Below, piece by piece: positions 33,098 through 43,755 of a stretch of 64,000 bases of DNA (position 1 is its first letter; each line of letters starts with the position of its first letter). Where the stretch lies: NCBI GenBank assembly GCA_963699905.1, contig CAVOVR010000007.1:152355-216354 (forward strand), in the 5' to 3' direction. The DNA is from Bryobacterales bacterium (GTDB lineage: Bacteria > Acidobacteriota > Terriglobia > Bryobacterales > Bryobacteraceae). The position numbers and the translations under genes are program-made. The notes beneath the pieces were generated by a model. The model saw only the letters and a program-made list of their open reading frames with translations, ran no database searches and was not told the DNA's origin.

Positions 33098-34520
33098 ATG
33101 CCAGCAGCCCCCACCACCCCCCATATACGCGTACTCGTCGTCGACGACGAAGAAAACCAGCGCGCCGGCCTCGCCAAGATGATCCAATCCTGGGGATTTG
33201 TGGTGGACACCGCTTTTGACGGCCAAGACGCACTGGAGAAGTTCAATCAGGCGCCGCCTCACGTGCTGGTCACGGATCTGATGATGCCCCGCATGGACGG
33301 ATTTGAGCTCCTGAAGCGCCTGGGATCGCAGAACGTCCTGCCGCCGGCCATTGTGTTGACTGCGTTCGGCAATATCGAGACCGCCGTGCAGACCATGCAC
33401 GATCTCGGCGCATTCTGGTTCCTGGAAAAGCCCATCCAGCCGAGCGCCTTAAAGGTTTTGCTGGAACGCGCAGCCACGCAGAGCCGCTTGGCGGAGGAGG
33501 CGGAGCGCCTGCAGCGGCAACTGCTCTATCAGGGCGTCCTGGTCGACCTGGTGGGAACCTGCTCGGCAATGCAGCAGGTATTTTCCCTGATCCGGCAGGT
33601 GGCGCCCTTCGAAGGCCGCGGTGCTAGTTACGGGCGAAAGCGGCACCGGCAAGGAATTGGTGGCGCGGGCGATCCATCATCTCAGCCCGCGGGCGCGACG
33701 GTCCATTCGTGGCCATCAATTGCGCCGCGCTTCCCGAGACGCTGATGGAAAGCGAGCTGTTCGGCCACGAAAAAGGCGCCTTCACCGGTGCGGTGGAACG
33801 GCGCGCGGGTTGTTTCGAGCTGGCCCAGCATGGCACGTTACTGCTGGACGAAATCGCCGAGATGCCCGTAGCCACGCAAGCCAAGCTGCTCGCGTGCTGG
33901 AGGATTCTTGCGTCCGGCGGCTGGGCGGCAAAGCGGAAATCGCCGTGGACGTGCGGGTGATCGCTGCCACCAACAAGGTGCTGGAGGAAGCCCTCCGCAA
34001 GGGTGAGCTGCGGGAGGATCTATACTACCGGCTGAACGTCTTTCAGATTCCTCTGCCGCCGCTGCGCCAGCGCGAGGGTGATCTGCCGGTGCTCATCGAG
34101 GCGCTGATCCAGATGCTCAATCGCAAGCACGAGACGCGGGTGGTGGACGTCAACGCCGACGTCCGGGAGCAGCTCAGGCGCTATTCCTGGCCCGGAAACG
34201 TGCGGGAACTGCGCAATGTCCTGGAGCGCGCCGTCATATTGGCCGGCGAAGGGACCATCACCAAGCATCATCTTCCGCGCGACTTTGGCGTGCCCGCGGG
34301 CGCGCGCCCCATCCAGCCCGAAGTGGAGCCGGATGCCGTGCGATTGCCGGTAGGGACCACGGTGGGCGAGGCGGAGAAAGCGCTGATTCAGTTGACGCTG
34401 CAGCACACCCGCAACAACAAGACGCGGGCTGCTGAAATCCTGGGCATCAGCTTGAAGACTCTTTTCAACAAGCTCAAGGAGTACGGCTCGGCCGAGGCAG
34501 AGGCCACCACGGGTACATAG
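33098..34520 (+). CDS. Sigma-54-dependent response regulator (NtrC family), about 3 indels
   Basis: REC: [15 protein letters not shown]...[16 protein letters not shown]+: [19 protein letters not shown] | [29 protein letters not shown] | [13 protein letters not shown]...RVIAATN...[12 protein letters not shown]: [23 protein letters not shown]. Confidence 0.9.
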
Positions 34521-36406
34521 ATGTCCTTGAAGTCCCGCCTTCGGCGTCCCATCGTAGCGCTGGTCGCGCTGGTCGTTGTAGTGATGTCCCTGCTCTATCT
34601 GTCCGACTTCACGCGCGTGTCCTTTGAAGGCGCGTCGGACCGGGCCGATCTGGTGGCCGAGCAGTTCAAGCTTTACCTGGAAAATCATCTCAACCTGGAG
34701 ATGGCCCGGCATGGCCTCCGTCCCAATTCAGCGGCTGAATGGGAGGACGGCTGGACCGCGATCATCCGCAACGATCCGGATATCACCGACATGCTCAACC
34801 ACACGCTGGCGAAAGCGGATTTGGCGCTCGCCATCCTGGTGACGGACGACCGCGGCAATGTGCTGGCGGCTTCGCCCGTGGCCACGCAGCGCAGCGTCCT
34901 GGAAGGCGCCGAAGACATCCACGATATCCAAAACCGCTGGTGGGCAGTGAATCTGTGGGACCTCATGACCCGCCGCGAAAACTACCTGGTGACGCGGCCC
35001 ATCGGGTTCCAGGACAGCAAGCGGGCATTGTTCAACATTTCGATTGTGATCCGCTCGGTTCTTTTGCGGCATGAAGTGGAACCGGCGTTGAAAAGCTTGG
35101 TGCTGGCCTTCGCCCTGGCACTGTGCGTCTCGATTTTGCTGGGCGCCGTGCTGCCGAATTTGATTATCGATCCCTTGCAGCGCGTCAGCCAGAGCATCGA
35201 CCTGATTCGTACCGGCCAGTTTGGCGCCTCCACCGCCAAAGGCCCGCGAGAAGCCCGCGAGTTCGCCGACGTGCACTCCAAGCTCACTCTTCTCGACGAG
35301 CAGTACCGCGGAGCCAAGCAGGACGCCAGCGAGTTACGCACCAATATCGAGCAGTTGCTGCAGCGCCTGGAGGAAAGCGTACTGCTTTTCGACCATACCG
35401 GCCGGCTTCTCATGGCCGGGGAACCGGCCGAACGCATGCTCGGGAAGAACGCACGAAGCAATGGCCGGATGCACGCTCGAGGAGTTATTTCCGCCGTCCT
35501 CCGTGTTGGGCGAAATCATCGGAGGCGCGGTTCGCAACAAGGAGTCCGTCGAGGAACGGAAGGTCACGGTTCCGCGCGCCGACGGAGCGCCGCAGCGTCT
35601 CGCGGTAGGCGTGCAGATACTGAGAAAGAGCTCCAGTCTGGAAACCATGGGCGCGTTGGTCACGCTGCGCGACGTGGAAAGCCGGCGGCAGCTCGAACGC
35701 CAGCTGGATTTCTCCACGCGGCTGGCCGCCATCAGCCGCTTGACCGGCGGGGTGGCGCACGAGATTAAGAACCCGCTCAACGCCATGGCGCTGCATCTGG
35801 AAGTGCTCAAAAGCAAACTGGTCGGCCAGCAGCCCGAGATCGATGTGATCGGCCGGGAAATCAAGCGCCTGGATACGGTAGTCAAGACGTTCTTGAATTT
35901 CAACCGGCCAGTGGACTTACAGTACAAGCCGATCGACTTCAATGAACTGGTGCAACAAATTCTGTCTTTGGTCTCGGTGGAAGCAACCGCGAAGAACGTG
36001 CAACTCGAAACCCTTTTGGAGGACAAGCTTTGGATCAGTGGAGACTCCGATCTCCTCAAACAGGCGATTCTCAACGTAGTCAGCAACGGCCTGGAAGCGA
36101 TGCACGGGGGAGGAACACTCACCACCTGCACGGCAAGTGACGGGGACGAATGTTTGCTGACGGTTCGCGACGCTGGGTCCAGGAATCCCCATTGAGATCC
36201 AGAGCCGCGTGTTTCAACTGTACTTCACCACCAAAGAAAACGGCTCCGGAATCGGGCTCGCGACCACCTTCCGTGTTGTCCAACTCCACAATGGTACAAT
36301 CGACTTTACCAGCGAGCCTGGAAAGGGCACCACATTCCGGTTGCGCTTTCCAAGAATGGTCGATCACGAACGTGAAATGCTCACTTCGGCCACGACTGTT
36401 TCTTAA
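34521..36406 (+). CDS. Membrane sensor histidine kinase (HAMP-PAS-HisKA-HATPase), 2 frameshifts
   Basis: TM segments IVALVALVVVVMSLLYL and LVLAFALALCVSILLGAVL. H-box RLTGGVAHEIKNPLNAM. N-box ILNVVSNGLEAM. G-boxes TTKENGSGIGL and GKGTTFRLRFP. Frames 34521, 35221 and 36209. Confidence 0.85.
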
Positions 36407-36425
36407 CCGAACGCCTCATTGAGCG

Positions 36426-37046
36426 ATGCCAGGCTGTCTGCGTCTCCGCTTCTTATGTTTCCAAGGCTCCGTGGCGCTGTTGCTCGTGCTCGAGCCGGCG
36501 TGTCGTAAGCGGCAAGTGTCGATTCCTGTTCCGCCGCAGCCAGCCGCTTCAGGCCAGCCCGCCGCCGGGGCGACAACCGCACCGCCTTCGCATGAAACTC
36601 CCGCGCCGCAATCGGGCGCCACCACAACCAGCAAGACGCCGGAGAGCCAGTATCAGATCAACAAACCCGCGCCGCAGGCACCCGCGCCCGCTCCCCGCAA
36701 GGCCTCTCGTCCAGCTACCGCGCCGGCTCCTCCAAACCCGCAGCCATCGACGCCGCCTGCTGCCCCCGCTCCCGCCCAGGCGCCTCAGTTAGGGGATATT
36801 GTGACCCCCGATCAGCAGCGGCAATACAACGCTGCCATCGACCAGAGCCTGTCGCGCGCTCAAGCGAGTCTGGCCGGCATCGCAAACCGGGAGCTAAGCA
36901 AGGATCAACAGGGCCTGGTTGAGCAGATCCGGAATATCATGCAACAGGCGCAGGCTTCCCGGACCTCCGACCTTCCCGGCGCCAAGAGCCTGGCGGAGCG
37001 CGCGGAAGTGCTGGCAAAGGATCTGGCGGGCAGCTTTCGCTTTTAG
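36426..37046 (+). CDS. Hypothetical Pro/Ala-rich secreted or lipoprotein
   Basis: Hydrophobic leader ending in ...LLVLEPAC. A long low-complexity P/A/Q tract. Helical C-terminus. Confidence 0.45.
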   Translation: MPGCLRLRFLCFQGSVALLLVLEPACRKRQVSIPVPPQPAASGQPAAGATTAPPSHETPAPQSGATTTSKTPESQYQINKPAPQAPAPAPRKASRPATAPAPPNPQPSTPPAAPAPAQAPQLGDIVTPDQQRQYNAAIDQSLSRAQASLAGIANRELSKDQQGLVEQIRNIMQQAQASRTSDLPGAKSLAERAEVLAKDLAGSFRF

Positions 37047-37066
37047 GTAACAGCCCACAAAACGGA

Positions 37067-37111
37067 GTGCGGCGGCCTCGTTGCTCGGGCCTATTGAGGG
37101 TGCCGCCGCAC
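37067..37111 (+). terminator. Possible hairpin terminator after the 36426-37046 gene
   Basis: Perfect 10-bp inverted repeat GTGCGGCGGC (37067-37076) / GCCGCCGCAC (37102-37111). The loop is long (25 nt) and the downstream T tract is weak (CCCTTTG). Confidence 0.3.
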
Positions 37112-37136
37112 CCTTTGCGGGCTAGCCCGCGTCCCC

Positions 37137-37187
37137 AAGAAAAGCAAAACGCGGATGACCAGCGCCCATCAGGGGCCGATCACCCGC
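37137..37187 (-). terminator. Rho-independent terminator of the OmpA-family gene
   Basis: The minus-strand RNA reads GCGGGUGAUC-N17-GGUCAUCCGC (10-bp stem with two G-U pairs) followed by GUUUUGCUUUUCUU. It lies 29 nt after the stop at 37216. Confidence 0.55.
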
Positions 37188-37215
37188 GCTTCGGTCAGGC
37201 GGTGCTCTCGGGAGA

Positions 37216-38010
37216 TTACTGAACCGGACTGGTGGACACAGGGGCGTTGGATGCCTGTGTCTGATTCGTCAAGTCCAGCGTGTAAATCTTGACATCCACC
37301 CGGCGATTCTCCTTGCGGGCCTCGCGGGTTTTGTTATTGGCGTCCGGGAAGTCGCTTCCAACACCCAGCTCGCGAATGGATCGCAGCGGAATGTTGTGCT
37401 CCACTGCCAGGTAGTGGACCACCGCGTCGGCGCGCTTGCGGCTTAACTCACGGTTGTAAGCCAGGTTGCCGGTTCGGTCAGCAAACCCTTCCACTTCAAT
37501 GATATAACCCTTCATGCCGCCGAGTTTTTGAGCGGCATCGTCCAGCTTGGCCTGCTCATCCTTGGCCAGCACGCTCTTGCCAAAGCCGAAATAAACCGGC
37601 TCGGTGCTCATCAGCTTGTAGTTGTCCAGGTTTTGAATTGTCGTATCCAGCTTGGTCCCCGTCTGCTGCGCCAGCGTGTTGGCGGCATCGGCTTTCTGGG
37701 CGGCATCGGTCGCTGCGGCGTTTGCCTTGGCAGCTGCTGCAGCGGCTTCGGCGGCTTTCTTGCCGGCGTCCGTGGCCTTTTCATCGGCCGTTGCTACTTG
37801 CCGGTCCAAGTCTCCAATTGCCTGGTCGGTTTGCTTCTTGTTATCCTCGGTCTGCTTTTGCAGATTAGTGACCTGCGCCTGGGTCTGATTGGCTTGGTTC
37901 TGCACCGGAGCGATAGCTTCACGGACGTGCTTCTTTGTTGCGCATCCTACGCTCAAAACCGACAGTCCTGCCAAAACCCCCAAAAACGCTGATGTATGAC
38001 GAAGTGACAT
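37216..38010 (-). CDS. OmpA-family peptidoglycan-binding lipoprotein with an Ala-rich coiled-coil
   Basis: Lipobox MSLRHTSAFLGVLAGLSVLSVGC (ATG 38010). C-terminal OmpA_C-like domain: FGFGKSVL...GYIIEVEGFADRTGNLAYNRELSRKRADAVVHYL...NRRVDVKI. Confidence 0.85.
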   Translation of the reverse strand: MSLRHTSAFLGVLAGLSVLSVGCATKKHVREAIAPVQNQANQTQAQVTNLQKQTEDNKKQTDQAIGDLDRQVATADEKATDAGKKAAEAAAAAAKANAAATDAAQKADAANTLAQQTGTKLDTTIQNLDNYKLMSTEPVYFGFGKSVLAKDEQAKLDDAAQKLGGMKGYIIEVEGFADRTGNLAYNRELSRKRADAVVHYLAVEHNIPLRSIRELGVGSDFPDANNKTREARKENRRVDVKIYTLDLTNQTQASNAPVSTSPVQ

Positions 38011-38213
38011 TAGCGATCTCCTTCTCGGCCTAAGATAGCACGTGACGAACCAAAAGATAAACTCATGGTACTTCGGTACTGACGGGTCTAACAATATCGT
38101 AGATACCTCAAGCTTCCATGTAAAACTTTCCTAGCCTCTCCCGTTTTGACATGATTGACATTGAAACGTGATGCCCCATTGGTGCGACTCCACGGCGCCG
38201 TGCGCTAAATTGG

Positions 38214-39608
38214 TTGCACGTGGAAACTTACGATCTCATCGTCATCGGCTCAGGTCCGGCGGGCCAGCGCGCGGCCATCCAAGGCTCCAAGATGGGCAAG
38301 CGCGTGGCGCTCATCGAGCGGCGCGAAGTGGTGGGCGGAGTTTGTGTCAACACCGGCACCATCCCCAGCAAGACCTTTCGTGAGGCGGTCCTGCACCTGT
38401 CCGGCTATTACTATCAGAACATCTATGGCGTGAACTATCGGGTCAAGGAAAAGATCACCATGTCGGATCTGGCGTTTCGCGTCCAGCACGTGATCAAGAC
38501 CGAGGTGGACGTCATCCAGGCCCAACTATCCCGCAACAACGTCGAACTCATCATCGGAATCGCGTCTTTCATCGACCCCCACACCGTCCGGGTCACCAGT
38601 TCGCGCGGCGAACAGACCTACTGCGCCGAATTCGTCGTCATCGCCACCGGCACCAAACCCGCCGAAGCGACCAAAGTGCCCATCAACGGCCGCAACATCA
38701 TCGACAGCGACCAGGTGCTGACGATGCCCGATATTCCGAAAAGTCTGATCGTGGTAGGCGGCGGCGTTATCGGCGTCGAGTACACGTGTATGTTCGCCGC
38801 CCTGGGTGTCCGGGTCATTCTGGTGGAAAAGCGGCCGCGCTTGCTCGAATTCGCCGATTCCGAAATGGTGGAGGCGCTGTCTTACAATTTGCGCGATCAT
38901 CGCGTCACCATGCGATTGAACGAGGAAGTGGAGAGCGTGGAAGAAACGCCGGATGGCAAAGTGGTGGCCAACCTGGAGAGCAAGAAAAAACTCTCCGGGG
39001 ACGCTCTGCTCTACGCCGTGGGCCGCCAGGGCAATGTCGCCGAGCTGAACCTGGATGCGGCGGGCGTACAAGCCGACTCGCGCGGCCGTATCAAAGTGGA
39101 CGCGGAATACCGCACCCAGCAGCCGCACATTTTCGCCGTCGGAGACGTCATCGGTTTCCCCAGCCTGGCGTCGGTTTCCATGGAACAGGGCCGCATCGCC
39201 GCCGCCGGAGCCTTCGGCAAAGTCGTGGTATCGAATCCCGCCAGTTATCCTTACGGCATTTATACGATCCCTGAAATCTCATTCATAGGAAAGACGGAGG
39301 AGCAGCTCACCGACGAGGACGTCCCCTACGAAGTGGGCGTCGCGTATTATCGCGAAATCGCGCGCGGCCAGATCCGCGGCGACACCACCGGCCGCCTGAA
39401 ATTGATATTCCATCGCGAAACCAAACAGGTGCTGGGAGTCCACGTGATCGGCGAGGGCGCTTCCGAATTGCTCCACATCGGCCAGGCCGTCATGATTCTG
39501 GGTGGTACGGTGGAGTATTTTATCGACACGGTTTTCAATTACCCGACACTGGCTGAGTGCTACAAGGCTGCTGCATTCAACGGACTGAACAAGCTGCTGC
39601 AATCGTAG
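38214..39608 (+). CDS. sthA: Soluble pyridine nucleotide transhydrogenase (Si-specific)
   Basis: YDLIVIGSGPAGQRAA. GGVCVNTGTIPSK has Thr in place of the second redox Cys of lipoamide dehydrogenases, as in SthA. Intact 464 aa. Confidence 0.8.
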   Translation: MHVETYDLIVIGSGPAGQRAAIQGSKMGKRVALIERREVVGGVCVNTGTIPSKTFREAVLHLSGYYYQNIYGVNYRVKEKITMSDLAFRVQHVIKTEVDVIQAQLSRNNVELIIGIASFIDPHTVRVTSSRGEQTYCAEFVVIATGTKPAEATKVPINGRNIIDSDQVLTMPDIPKSLIVVGGGVIGVEYTCMFAALGVRVILVEKRPRLLEFADSEMVEALSYNLRDHRVTMRLNEEVESVEETPDGKVVANLESKKKLSGDALLYAVGRQGNVAELNLDAAGVQADSRGRIKVDAEYRTQQPHIFAVGDVIGFPSLASVSMEQGRIAAAGAFGKVVVSNPASYPYGIYTIPEISFIGKTEEQLTDEDVPYEVGVAYYREIARGQIRGDTTGRLKLIFHRETKQVLGVHVIGEGASELLHIGQAVMILGGTVEYFIDTVFNYPTLAECYKAAAFNGLNKLLQS

Positions 39609-39680
39609 GCGTCGCCAGCGGCATCCAAGTGGTAACGCTGGAGGAAGGGAGGTAGCGCAGGCACGTTCCTGCGTTTAAAC

Positions 39681-40571
39681 ATGAGCCGGACAATTGGAGT
39701 CACCACCGCCGAGCGGATTGCAACTGGATTGGTCGAGGGCGAAAAGCTGGTTGGCAAGCTGCGGGTTCAGGAAGAGGACCCCGCGGCGGAACCGCTGCTC
39801 AGCACGCCGCCTGCTGGAATCGCGCAGTGTCTCGCGCAGGAGATCGCCTCGGTGGCCGCCGGTGCCCGTGTGGATGCCATTGGAATCGGCATGCCCGGGA
39901 TCATCAAGGATTGCTTCATCGAGGACTCGCCCAATCTCCGCCAGCTCAAAGGCGTGAACATGAAAGGCTTGGTTGAGGAGGCGTTGCGCGAGGTCGGAAT
40001 CACGGCGCCGGTCTTTGTCTACAACGACGCCAACGTGGTTGCGGCCGGCTTGGCGGCTACGCACGGGCATCTCGACCGCTTCATCCGCGTGTGGACTCTC
40101 GGCCACGGCATCGGCTTCGGCATCTATCCTCCGCGTCCCGGAATTTGGGAAGGCGGCCACGTGGTGGTCTCGCTCGATCCGCGCGAGCGTTACTGCGGCT
40201 GCGGCGGCGTGGGACATCTGGAAGGCATCATGGGGCACCGCGCCATGCGCCTCCGGTTCCTGGACATGGAGCCGGATGAGATTTTCGAGAATGCCAAGAA
40301 TCGCGACCAGCGCTGCGTGGAATTCGTGAAGCTCTGGCATCGCGCATTGGCCGCGGCGACCGCCAATTCCATTCATATGGCGGGGCCCGGCAAATTCTTC
40401 ATTTCCGGATTTAACTCCAAACATCTTGACCTCAATCTGCTGCATCAGTACCTGCACGAGATGGTGAAGATGAGCCCGCTGCAGAGCTATGTTTTCGAAG
40501 TGGCCCCGGACACCGACGAAAATGCGGTGATCGGCGCGGCCGTCAGTGCGGCACAAAGCATTCATGCGTGA
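39681..40571 (+). CDS. ROK family protein (sugar kinase-like)
   Basis: IGIGMPGII...NDANVVAAG and the zinc motif CGCGGVGHLEGI. Intact. Confidence 0.75.
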   Translation: MSRTIGVTTAERIATGLVEGEKLVGKLRVQEEDPAAEPLLSTPPAGIAQCLAQEIASVAAGARVDAIGIGMPGIIKDCFIEDSPNLRQLKGVNMKGLVEEALREVGITAPVFVYNDANVVAAGLAATHGHLDRFIRVWTLGHGIGFGIYPPRPGIWEGGHVVVSLDPRERYCGCGGVGHLEGIMGHRAMRLRFLDMEPDEIFENAKNRDQRCVEFVKLWHRALAAATANSIHMAGPGKFFISGFNSKHLDLNLLHQYLHEMVKMSPLQSYVFEVAPDTDENAVIGAAVSAAQSIHA

Positions 40572-41851
40572 ACAAATCTCCCCGGCCCGCGCCATCAGCG
40601 GCGCAGTCCTCCTGCCAGGGGACAAATCGATTTCCCACCGTTATGCAATGCTGGCCGCGATCGCCGAAGGCGTCAGCAAGATCGCGAACTATTCCACCGG
40701 CGCGGATTGCCAGTCGACCCTCGGCGTGCATGCGAGCGCTGGGAGCCGAAGTGGAAAGGAACGATGGCGTCGTCCAAATAGAAGGCCGCGGCCTGGAAGG
40801 ATTGCGCGAGCCGGCCGCCATGCTGGACGCGGGCAATTCCGGTTCCACCATTCGGATGCTGTCCGGCATTCTGGCTGCCCAGCCGTTCGTAACCTGCATC
40901 GGCGGCGATGAATCTCTGTCGCGCCGGCCCATGGAGCGCATCATGAAGCCGCTCGCGCAGATGGGTGCGCGCATCGAAGCGCGCGAGAATCGGTTTCCGC
41001 CGCTCACAATTCACGGCAGCCAAGCTTCATCCCATGGAGTACACGCTGCCGGTGGCCAGCGCGCAGGTAAAGAGCTGCGTGCTGTTGGCCGGGCTGTTCG
41101 CCGAAGGCCGCACCACCGTGCATGAGCCGGTACGCACGCGCGACCACACCGAGCTGGCGTTGCGCGAATTCGGCGCCGACGTTGAAATCGATCAAGCGAT
41201 CCATCACTGTCACCGGACGGCCGCGGCTAGAGGGCCGCGAACTGCGCGTGCCCGGGCGATCTTTCGTCCGCCGCGTTTTTCCTGGTGGCCGCGCTCATCG
41301 TGCCTGAATCCAGCCTCACCATTCATGGCGTGGGCCTCAACCCCACTCGCTCGGCGCTGCTCGATTTCCTGGCCGAAATGGGCGCGCAAATCAAGATCCT
41401 GGATGTGACCTCCGTTGGGCGGCGAGCTCATCGGCGACGTGCTGATTCGCAAATCGCCCATCCGCGGAGGCGTGCTCGAAAAAGACCGCACCGCCGCGCT
41501 GATCGACGAGATTCCGGTGCTGGCCGTCTTGGGCGCCGCCAGCGAAGAGGGACTTGATGGTCCGCGACGCTTCGGAATTGCGCGTGAAGGAAACGGATCG
41601 CATCGCTACCATCGCCGAAAATTTCAAGCGCATGGGCCTTGCAATCAACGTGCGCGAAGACGGCTTCGAAGTTCCCGGACGCCAGAAGTTTCACGCCGCG
41701 GAACTGGACTCATTCGGCGATCATCGCATCGCGATGGCTTTCTCCGTCGCGGCGCTGGCCGCCGATGGACCCTGCACCATTCTGGATTCCGGACGCGGCC
41801 TCCGTGTCTTTCCCCGAATTTTTCGATACACTACATCGAGTCGCGGAGTAA
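40564..41851 (+). CDS. aroA: 3-phosphoshikimate 1-carboxyvinyltransferase (EPSP synthase), 7 successive +1 frameshifts
   Basis: [36 protein letters not shown] | MRALGAEVE...[22 protein letters not shown]...[13 protein letters not shown] | [19 protein letters not shown]...RDHTELAL | [15 protein letters not shown] | [13 protein letters not shown]... | GELIGDV... | [17 protein letters not shown]...DHRIAMAF | [10 protein letters not shown]. Frames go 1>2>3>1>2>3>1>2. Confidence 0.9.
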
Positions 41852-41859
41852 TACCTGAT

Positions 41860-42460
41860 ATGGCTGTCGCCGATCTGACGCTGGAAGGTTTGGTGCACGA
41901 TCTGAACAACGTGTTTCAGACCATCGCGGAAAGCGCCGAGCTGTTGGAAGACGATCCTAGGTGGGAGAAACTGGCGCACACCCTCCAGCGCAGCGCGGAC
42001 CGCGGCCACCGCATCGCGCATAGCATTCTCGAAACCAATCGCTCGCCCATCGAGCTGGCGCCCATCATCGAAAACGCCTGCCTGTTTTGCCAGGACTATC
42101 TGGAATGCGCCAATCGCCCAAAGATGGAATTCTCGTCCGAGATCGACTTCGGATTTTCGGCTCAAGGGCGATGCGGCTGGCTGGGAACGCGTGTTCGTCA
42201 ATCTGTTCCTGAACTCCGCGCAGGCCGGCGCCAAGAACATCCGCCTTCGCGCACGCGGAAACGAAATCGTGGTCAGCGACGACGGTCCCGGCATTTCACT
42301 CGAACTGCTGCCGCGAATCTTTCAGCCGCGCGTGTCCACGAAATCCATCATCTCCGGCCTCGGGCTTTACGTCGTGCAATCGATCGTCGAACAAAATGGC
42401 GGATCGGTGATGGCCGCCAATGGCTTGAACGGCGGCGCAGTCTTCACCATGGGGATTTAG
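41860..42460 (+). CDS. Compact sensor-less histidine kinase (dimerisation/H-box plus HATPase_c), one frameshift near 42180
   Basis: H-box LEGLVHDLNNVFQTI right at the N-terminus. N-box FVNLFLNSAQAG. G-boxes VVSDDGPGIS and GLGLYVVQSIV. No TM segment or sensor domain. Confidence 0.7.
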
Positions 42461-43755
42461 CCGTCTTCCCTGCCTCCGATACGCCTCGTCCAGAATCTCC
42501 ACCACGTGCGCGACGCGCTGCCCCTTCCCAAATTTCCGCACGCCCGCCCGCAATTGCAGCATGCATCCCGGATTCGCCGCCGCGATCACGCCCGCCTCAG
42601 TCGCATTCACGTGATCCATTTTCTTCTTCGAGCAGCGACATCGCCATGCCCGTGTGCACGACGTTGTAGATGCCCGCGCTTCCGCAGCACAGATCGGATA
42701 ACCGCATCTCGCGCAACTCGAGCCCCGGCACGGCTTCAAGCAATTTCCTCGGCGCCGAACGGATTTTCTGACCGTGCGCCAAGTGGCACGAGTCCTGATA
42801 CGTCACCGTAATCGGCAGCGAACGCATTTTTGTGATTGAGCTCGATGGACGCAAGAAACTCGTTGACGTCTTTTACCAGGGCCGAAAATCGCTGCGCTTT
42901 CTCCGCGTACTCGGGATCGTGCTCCAGCAGTTCCCAATATTCCTTCAGCGTGGATCCGCACCCGCCGGCATTCGTGATGATGGCATCGAATCCGCCATCG
43001 AGCAAAGCATCGATATTCTTCCGCGCCAGCTCGCGCGCCTGATCGCGAATCCCCGCGTGCACGTGCAACGCGCCGCAGCAGTTTTGATTCGCGGGAATCG
43101 AAACTTCACAGCCATTCTTCTGCAGCACGCGCACGGTCGCCTCATTCAGTCGCGCAAAGCTGATGTTCGCGATGCATCCGCCGAGCAACGCCACGCGATA
43201 CCGGCGCTCGCCTTCCGCCGGCAACATCTTTCCGTAATAAGCGAAGAAGAACGGCGTTTCGATCTCCGGCGCCAGGCTCTCCACTTCACGCAGCCGCGCA
43301 GGCAAGAAGCCCAGCATACCGGTCAGCCGCTTCAGTCCGCTCGCTTGATACAAGTAAAGCAGCGCGCCGGCGATTTCGAGATTCATTCGCGACGGCAGCA
43401 GCCTGCGGAAACACCAGCCACCGAATCGCCCTCTCGCCGCCACGGACGGCGTCGTCTTGTTCTCGATATCCGCGCGCGCCGCTTCCACCAATCGCCCATA
43501 TTGCACGCCCGATGGACACGCCGTTTCGCATCCACGGCATGCCAGGCAAAGATCGATATGCTCGACGTACGAAGGGCTGATCGCGGCGCCGTTCGCCACT
43601 TGCACCATCTGATAAATGCGGCCGCGCGGCGAATCCATCTCGACTCGCAGCTCGCGATAGGTAGGGCACGCGTTCAGACACAATCCGCAATGCACGCACC
43701 GGTCCAGATCGGTCTGCTGCGGCTTGTCGAACGCGATGAGATCAGATGCGGCCAT
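42296..43755 (-). CDS. glcF: Glycolate-oxidase-type (Fe-S)-binding subunit (GlcF-like), at least 2 frameshifts; 3' end uncertain
   Basis: CVHCGLCLNACPTYREL...SPRGRI and CLACRGCETACPSGVQYG. CCG repeats: NQNCCGALHVHAG | TYQDSCHLAHGQ...LSDLCCGSAGIYN | NPGCMLQL. The literal stop is at 42296, but alternative-frame stops at 42444 or 42457 would avoid a 165-nt overlap with the kinase gene. Confidence 0.75.

Noticed and set aside
38130-38170. Tandem TTGACAT repeats (TTGACATGATTGACAT) in the ompA-like / sthA divergent region.
   Set aside because: They could be overlapping -35 elements or a regulator site. There is no matching -10 at proper spacing, no palindromic symmetry and no second occurrence in the window. 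The evidence is too thin to call.
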